From: Rhina ancylostomus
Lineage: Eukaryota
Assembly: GCA_030265395.1 (NCBI GenBank)
Contig: JARFYF010000084.1
Coordinates: 59,398,680 to 59,462,679 of the forward strand
DNA: 64,000 nucleotides
Reading direction: 5' to 3'
Shown here: positions 63,991 to 64,000 of the stretch, one piece after another
How the letters are laid out: the number at the start of each line of letters is the position of its first letter
Numbering within the stretch: position 1 is the stretch's first letter
Position numbers and translations under genes: made by a program
Notes under the pieces: model-generated
What the model saw: the letters and a program-made list of their open reading frames with translations, nothing else
Databases searched by the model: none
Told to the model about the DNA's origin: nothing

Positions 63991-64000
63991 TGCTGAGTGT

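Noticed and set aside
1-64000. Recoded stops, prokaryotic systems or CRISPR arrays
   Set aside because: All three stop types plus frameshifts and transposon insertions occur in the exons, indicating decay rather than recoding. The sequence is vertebrate and shows no repeat-spacer arrays.

Overview
AT-rich vertebrate genomic DNA, almost certainly from a cartilaginous fish, judging from HE1-type tRNA SINEs, abundant CR1, Rex1/Babar, RTE and L2 LINE fragments, and Penelope elements. It contains 8 N-gaps. The only clearly intact coding exon is the last exon of MTRR (minus, 56903-57047). The rest of the window holds decayed multi-exon genes that the ORF track does not show, because the exons are short and carry stops and frameshifts. 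A plus-strand soluble adenylyl cyclase (ADCY10)-like pseudogene of about 20 exon remnants (~8074-49290) lies head-to-head across a CpG island with a minus-strand, signal-peptide-bearing, CATSPERG-like pseudogene (10+ exons, 4-3868, running off the left edge). ADCY10-like introns also contain weaker relics resembling EFCAB9 and CATSPERZ, and very weakly TMEM262; a very weak TMEM249-like frame lies in the MTRR intron. Together this suggests a fossil cluster of sperm pH/bicarbonate/Ca2+ signalling genes. All protein comparisons were made by eye against human sequences recalled from memory; no database search was run.
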